Shown here in pieces: positions 29,564 to 32,000 of a DNA stretch of 32,000 bases. A program made the position numbers and the translations under genes. The notes beneath the pieces are model-generated. The model was given only the letters and a program-made list of their open reading frames with translations. It did no database searches and was not told the origin of the DNA. The stretch spans positions 3,570,001-3,602,000 of the forward strand of contig NZ_LT934425.1 of the NCBI RefSeq assembly GCF_900232105.1. The letters are read 5' to 3'. The stretch is from Candidatus Kuenenia stuttgartensis (GTDB lineage Bacteria; Planctomycetota; Brocadiia; Brocadiales; Brocadiaceae). Numbering within the stretch: the stretch's first letter is position 1; each line of letters begins with the position of its first letter.

Positions 29564-30472
29564 TTACGATAAATCCAGCATTTTCTGGATAGCGGAATGT
29601 GCCTTTTGCGCGATATCCTCAGCGACCTTGACTTCATATACAAGGTCTTCCAAAGCCCACAATACCTTTTCCAGGTTAATGAGCTTCATATTGGGACAAT
29701 CGGAAAGCGGTGTAACTGCGAAAAATGATTTTTGCGGGTTCTCTTTCTTTAGGCGATGTAAAAGACCGATCTCGGTTCCGATTATAAATTTGCCTGCACT
29801 GGATTCCCTGCAATATTTTGCGATTCCAGTCGTACTTGCAACATGGTCAGCCAGCTCAATAACATCAGGTGTGCATTCAGGATGCACCACGATTTTTGCC
29901 TGAGGATGTTCCTTTTTTGCTTTTACAATATGTTCCGCCAGTATCCTGTGGTGTGTTGGGCAGTAGCCCTCCCAAAGAATCATGGGACGGTTGAGCTGTT
30001 TTGATACATACCCGCCCAGACTCTTATCCGGAACAAACAGTATTTCCTGTTCTTTGGGAAATGAAGATACGATTTTTATTGCATTAGATGACGTGCAACA
30101 GATATCGCTCTCTGCTTTTACTGCGGCGGTACTGTTTACATAGCAAACAACTTTTGCACCGGGATACTCCTTTTTTTTCAGAATAAGTTCCTTCCGGGTA
30201 ATCATATTTGCCATCGGGCAGCCTGCATTTTCATCAGGCAAAAGCACCAATTTGCCGGGACAAAGAATTGATGCGGTTTCTGCCATGAAATGTACCCCGC
30301 AGAAAACAATCATTTCCGCCTCAGTTTTGGCGGCCTGTTGTGATAATCCCAGGGAATCCCCGGCGTAATCCGCAATATCCTGTACTTCACCCCTTTGATA
30401 GTTGTGCGCAAGTATTATTGCATTTCTTTTTTTCTTTAATTCTTTTATTTTATCTATTATTAATGTAGTCAA
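29564..30472 (-). CDS. nadA: Quinolinate synthase
   Basis: ILAHNYQRGEVQDIADYAGDSLGLSQ, VCYVNSTAAVKAESDICCTSSNA, VHPEC and CPNMKLINLEKV motifs. Confidence 0.97.
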   Translation of the reverse strand: MTTLIIDKIKELKKKRNAIILAHNYQRGEVQDIADYAGDSLGLSQQAAKTEAEMIVFCGVHFMAETASILCPGKLVLLPDENAGCPMANMITRKELILKKKEYPGAKVVCYVNSTAAVKAESDICCTSSNAIKIVSSFPKEQEILFVPDKSLGGYVSKQLNRPMILWEGYCPTHHRILAEHIVKAKKEHPQAKIVVHPECTPDVIELADHVASTTGIAKYCRESSAGKFIIGTEIGLLHRLKKENPQKSFFAVTPLSDCPNMKLINLEKVLWALEDLVYEVKVAEDIAQKAHSAIQKMLDLS

Positions 30473-30866
30473 ATTCTAGGTGTTTTGTTGATGTTCTTGT
30501 ATTGAGGTATCTTTTCATGCCAGTGTTTCTTTCTGAAAAACATGGCGTAAACGCTACGAAAATGAATGATAACACAGTATGATGCGATTTTAAATACTTT
30601 TTTTATGTGACTCTTTCGCCAAATGAGTCAATTGCTCCCAACTATTAATCGGGAGCAGTTATTTCATACGAGTGGTTATAAGCAAAGGGAATGTGTTACT
30701 GTTTTTTTTCAATTTGCAAAATTGGTTGCTTTTTATCGAAATCAAATATACCGCCGGGCAAAGTGAAATTGACTCGTATTTATCAATGTGATATAAAATG
30801 GATGCTAGGCGCAGAATACAGACAAAAAGATTATGTTACCGCAGAAGCAGAAAATAACAATAAATT

Positions 30867-31165
30867 TGTAACACTTTAGTTTTTTGAAAAATTCCCGGGA
30901 TAGAAAAAATACCATGTAGCCCTGTTAGTGGCGGTCTGTTTGTAGCGCAATAAAATTCAATAAGGTAAATAGCTCCGTAGGAGCGGCCTGTCCGTATTCA
31001 GGTAGACCTGTTTATATGGATTTACAAGAGACAGGTTGCTCATAATTGCAGAGACAGGTTTCAAACCTGTCTCTACGATCTGTTATAATATCCTATTTTG
31101 CTACAAACAGGCTGCTCCTACGGAGCTTATAGGTAGTACATTTTTCAAAAAACTAAAGTGTTACA
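30867..31165. repeat. ~300-bp composite inverted-repeat element upstream of the aldehyde dehydrogenase
   Basis: Perfect 26-bp outer arms (TGTAACACTTTAGTTTTTTGAAAAAT at 30867-30892; reverse complement at 31140-31165), inner 20/21 arms (30970-30990 and 31106-31126), and core palindrome AGAGACAGGTTTCAAACCTGTCTCT at 31050-31074. Confidence 0.85.
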
Positions 31166-31236
31166 TAAATTTACTTATTACCGTTATGTTCAATGGGGAT
31201 GTTTCTTACTATTTTATTTGAGGGGGGAATTGCATT

Positions 31237-32000
31237 ATGAAGGGTAAAAACTACATCAATGGCGCATTTGTTGATAGTGCTTCATCTGAAGTGTTTGAAA
31301 GCAGAAATCCGGCGTATTGTGATGAGGTGCTAGGGACATTTCCCCTTTCTTCTGCAGATGACGTCAATAATGCGGTGCTGGCGGCAAAGACCGCTTATGA
31401 TACATGGAGAAAAATTTCACGGATAAGACGCGGCGAATATCTTGATGAATTGGCGCAGTTGCTGAAAAAAGACAGAGAAGCCATCTCTCAGTTGGTATCG
31501 AAAGAATGCGGGAAAGGGATTGCGGAAGGGCGTGCGGATGTAACGGAAGGCATTCATATGGTTCAATATATATTTGGCACAACAAGGATGCCGCATGGCG
31601 ATATTATTGATTCGGAGATTGTAGAAAAAGACTCCTTCATGCGACGGAGGCCAAAAGGTGTTGTTGCCGCAATTACGCCATGGAATTTTCCCTTTGCGAT
31701 TCCACTATGGCTGATTTGTCCCTCTGTAGTGGAGGGGAATACCGTTGTGTTAAAACCGTCCCGGGAGACGCCTTGCGTCGCTAATAAAATTGCAGAATAT
31801 GTGCATGCTGCAGGATTTCCTCCCGGAGTAATTAATGTAATACATGGAGGTTGTGGAGATGCGTTGGTAAGACATTCCGATACACAGGTAATATTGTTTA
31901 CCGGTTCATGTGAAGTTGGTGAAGGGATAAAGAAGATTGCTGCTGAATCCTATAACAAAATGTGCGCCTGCGAGATGGGGGGGAAAAATGCGATAATAGT
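31237..32000 (+). CDS. Aldehyde dehydrogenase family protein, 3' end outside the window
   Basis: ATG 31237 after GAGGGGGG; AAITPWNFPFAIPLW, LFTGSCEVGEGI, EMGGKNAIIV are NAD(P)-dependent ALDH motifs. Absent from the supplied track because the frame is open at the edge. Confidence 0.92.
   Translation, partial: MKGKNYINGAFVDSASSEVFESRNPAYCDEVLGTFPLSSADDVNNAVLAAKTAYDTWRKISRIRRGEYLDELAQLLKKDREAISQLVSKECGKGIAEGRADVTEGIHMVQYIFGTTRMPHGDIIDSEIVEKDSFMRRRPKGVVAAITPWNFPFAIPLWLICPSVVEGNTVVLKPSRETPCVANKIAEYVHAAGFPPGVINVIHGGCGDALVRHSDTQVILFTGSCEVGEGIKKIAAESYNKMCACEMGGKNAII

Noticed and set aside
31036-31221. 61-aa ORF containing ETGFKPV
   Set aside because: Translation of the core palindrome in the 30867-31165 repeat element, not a plausible gene.

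Overview
The window looks like ordinary chromosome from an anammox-type planctomycete; this lineage guess rests on gene content and style only. Core genes, left to right: a truncated hybrid histidine kinase/response regulator, a DUF2130 gene, a decayed paralogue of the kinase, a NarK-like MFS transporter, a TetR regulator, 2-oxoacid:ferredoxin oxidoreductase alpha/beta, a sensor-PAS-GAF-GGDEF protein, two AsmA-like proteins, tRNA-Arg(CCT), PHP phosphoesterase, TPR membrane protein, an RluA-family pseudouridine synthase, TatA, LarE, NadA and a truncated aldehyde dehydrogenase. The accessory zone is about 24.4-28.7 kb. It holds a complete ISL3-family element (1381 bp, 8-bp TSD, 26-bp TIRs), a HicB/HicA pair and an IS110/IS1111-type element, and a 35-bp duplication of the larE 3' end brackets the zone. 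The strongest discovery lead is the IS110/IS1111-type element. It appears inserted into a REP-like hairpin whose uninterrupted counterpart is also in this window, and comparing the two predicts ends of ~26813-28365. A ~450-nt ORF-poor right end could encode a bridge RNA and contains an 8-mer matching the insertion junction. A second theme is several modular non-autonomous inverted-repeat elements, two of which share the core palindrome AGACAGGTTTCAAACCTGTCT. No CRISPR array was seen.
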